Positions 31,508 to 32,000 of a stretch of 32,000 nucleotides of DNA are shown here, in pieces. The notes beneath the pieces were generated by a model, which saw only the letters and a list, made by a program, of their open reading frames with translations, made no database searches and was not told where the DNA came from. Positions within the stretch are counted from its first letter, which is position 1; every line of letters begins with the position of its first letter. The translations under genes and the position numbers were made by a program. Source of the DNA: an uncultured Chloroflexia bacterium (GTDB lineage: Bacteria; Chloroflexota; Ktedonobacteria; Ktedonobacterales; JADMIN01); NCBI GenBank assembly GCA_963718915.1, contig CAVRAI010000013.1, forward strand, positions 150,001 to 182,000. Reading direction: 5' to 3'.

Positions 31508-32000
31508 ATGCGAGTTCCACAGCCAGACCCGCTACAACTGCCAGCGAGCGCCGCGTTTGGCGATGTCGTCAGCTTTCTGCGGCGCAAGCATGGGCTGTCA
31601 CAGGGGCAGCTCGCACGTGCGGCGCGCCTTTCGCGCACATACATCTACCATCTGGAGACCGGCAAGCGCATTGCGCCATCGGTACGCTCCGTCAGGGCAA
31701 TTATGCGCGCGCTCGATCTGCATGGCGAAGATCGCCTGATGCTGGCGCAGGCGTTTGCGCATCTCACAGGTAGCTACCTGGATGATGAGAACGATACACT
31801 CGATCTGCTCGATCAGCGCGAGCTGGCGGCGCTGCTGGTGCGGAATAGCGCGTTCCCGGCGCATAGTCTCGACCGCCTCTGGCATATTAGCGCATGGAAT
31901 ACTCCCGCGCATGAACTGTTCGAGCTAAATCTCTCGCCCATGCCCGTCGAAAACACACAACTGCTCACTATCGTCTTCGATCCAAAGTATCGCGCGCGCT
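31508..32000 (+). CDS. XRE-family HTH transcriptional regulator with MmyB-like ligand-binding domain (3' end truncated by the window edge)
   Basis: Open frame from ATG 31508 to the window edge; it is absent from the ORF track because it has no stop. FGDVVSFLRRKHGLSQGQLARAARLSRTYIYHLETGKRIAPS is an XRE HTH. The following RELAALLVRNSAFPAHSLDRLWHISAWNTPAHELF resembles the start of MmyB-like (MltR) ligand-binding domains. Confidence 0.75.
   Translation, partial: MRVPQPDPLQLPASAAFGDVVSFLRRKHGLSQGQLARAARLSRTYIYHLETGKRIAPSVRSVRAIMRALDLHGEDRLMLAQAFAHLTGSYLDDENDTLDLLDQRELAALLVRNSAFPAHSLDRLWHISAWNTPAHELFELNLSPMPVENTQLLTIVFDPKYRAR

Overview
GC-rich bacterial chromosomal window. The gene content and a family of G/C-rich hairpin repeats that translate as 'GSPLL..GEGLGVR' make me suspect a Chloroflexota-like genome, but that is inference only.

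Layout:
- 1-8.2 kb, housekeeping genes: mobA, a comEA-like gene, pruA (P5C dehydrogenase), an 880-aa APH-type kinase fusion protein, and nth followed by an unknown membrane protein.
- 8.3-14.6 kb: a two-gene operon of GT-C membrane glycosyltransferases. One is a 1583-aa protein that looks like three GT-C modules fused. The operon is preceded by a 538-bp hairpin-dense non-coding leader that I cannot classify.
- 15-17.2 kb: a small TM protein, a lipoprotein and a D-2-hydroxyacid dehydrogenase.
- 17.2-22.9 kb: a decaying phage/satellite-like island. It holds a frameshifted large terminase, a TIR-TPR gene broken by many frameshifts, and an open PrimPol + AAA_25-type helicase gene preceded by a small ORF.
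- 23.2-31.4 kb: a minus-strand beta-oxidation operon (fadD-fadE-hotdog thioesterase-fadA-fadN) with REP-like hairpins in its intergenic gaps.
- 31.5 kb to the edge: a divergent XRE/MmyB-like regulator, cut by the window edge.

Most notable observations:
1. Two near-identical 13-mer palindrome clusters lie inside the PrimPol-helicase gene, either side of its helicase domain. They could be iterons/an origin.
2. REP-like hairpins are inserted in-frame into the island's genes.
3. The unclassified structured leader sits upstream of the GT-C operon.
4. The triple GT-C fusion.

I found no rRNA, tRNA or CRISPR array.
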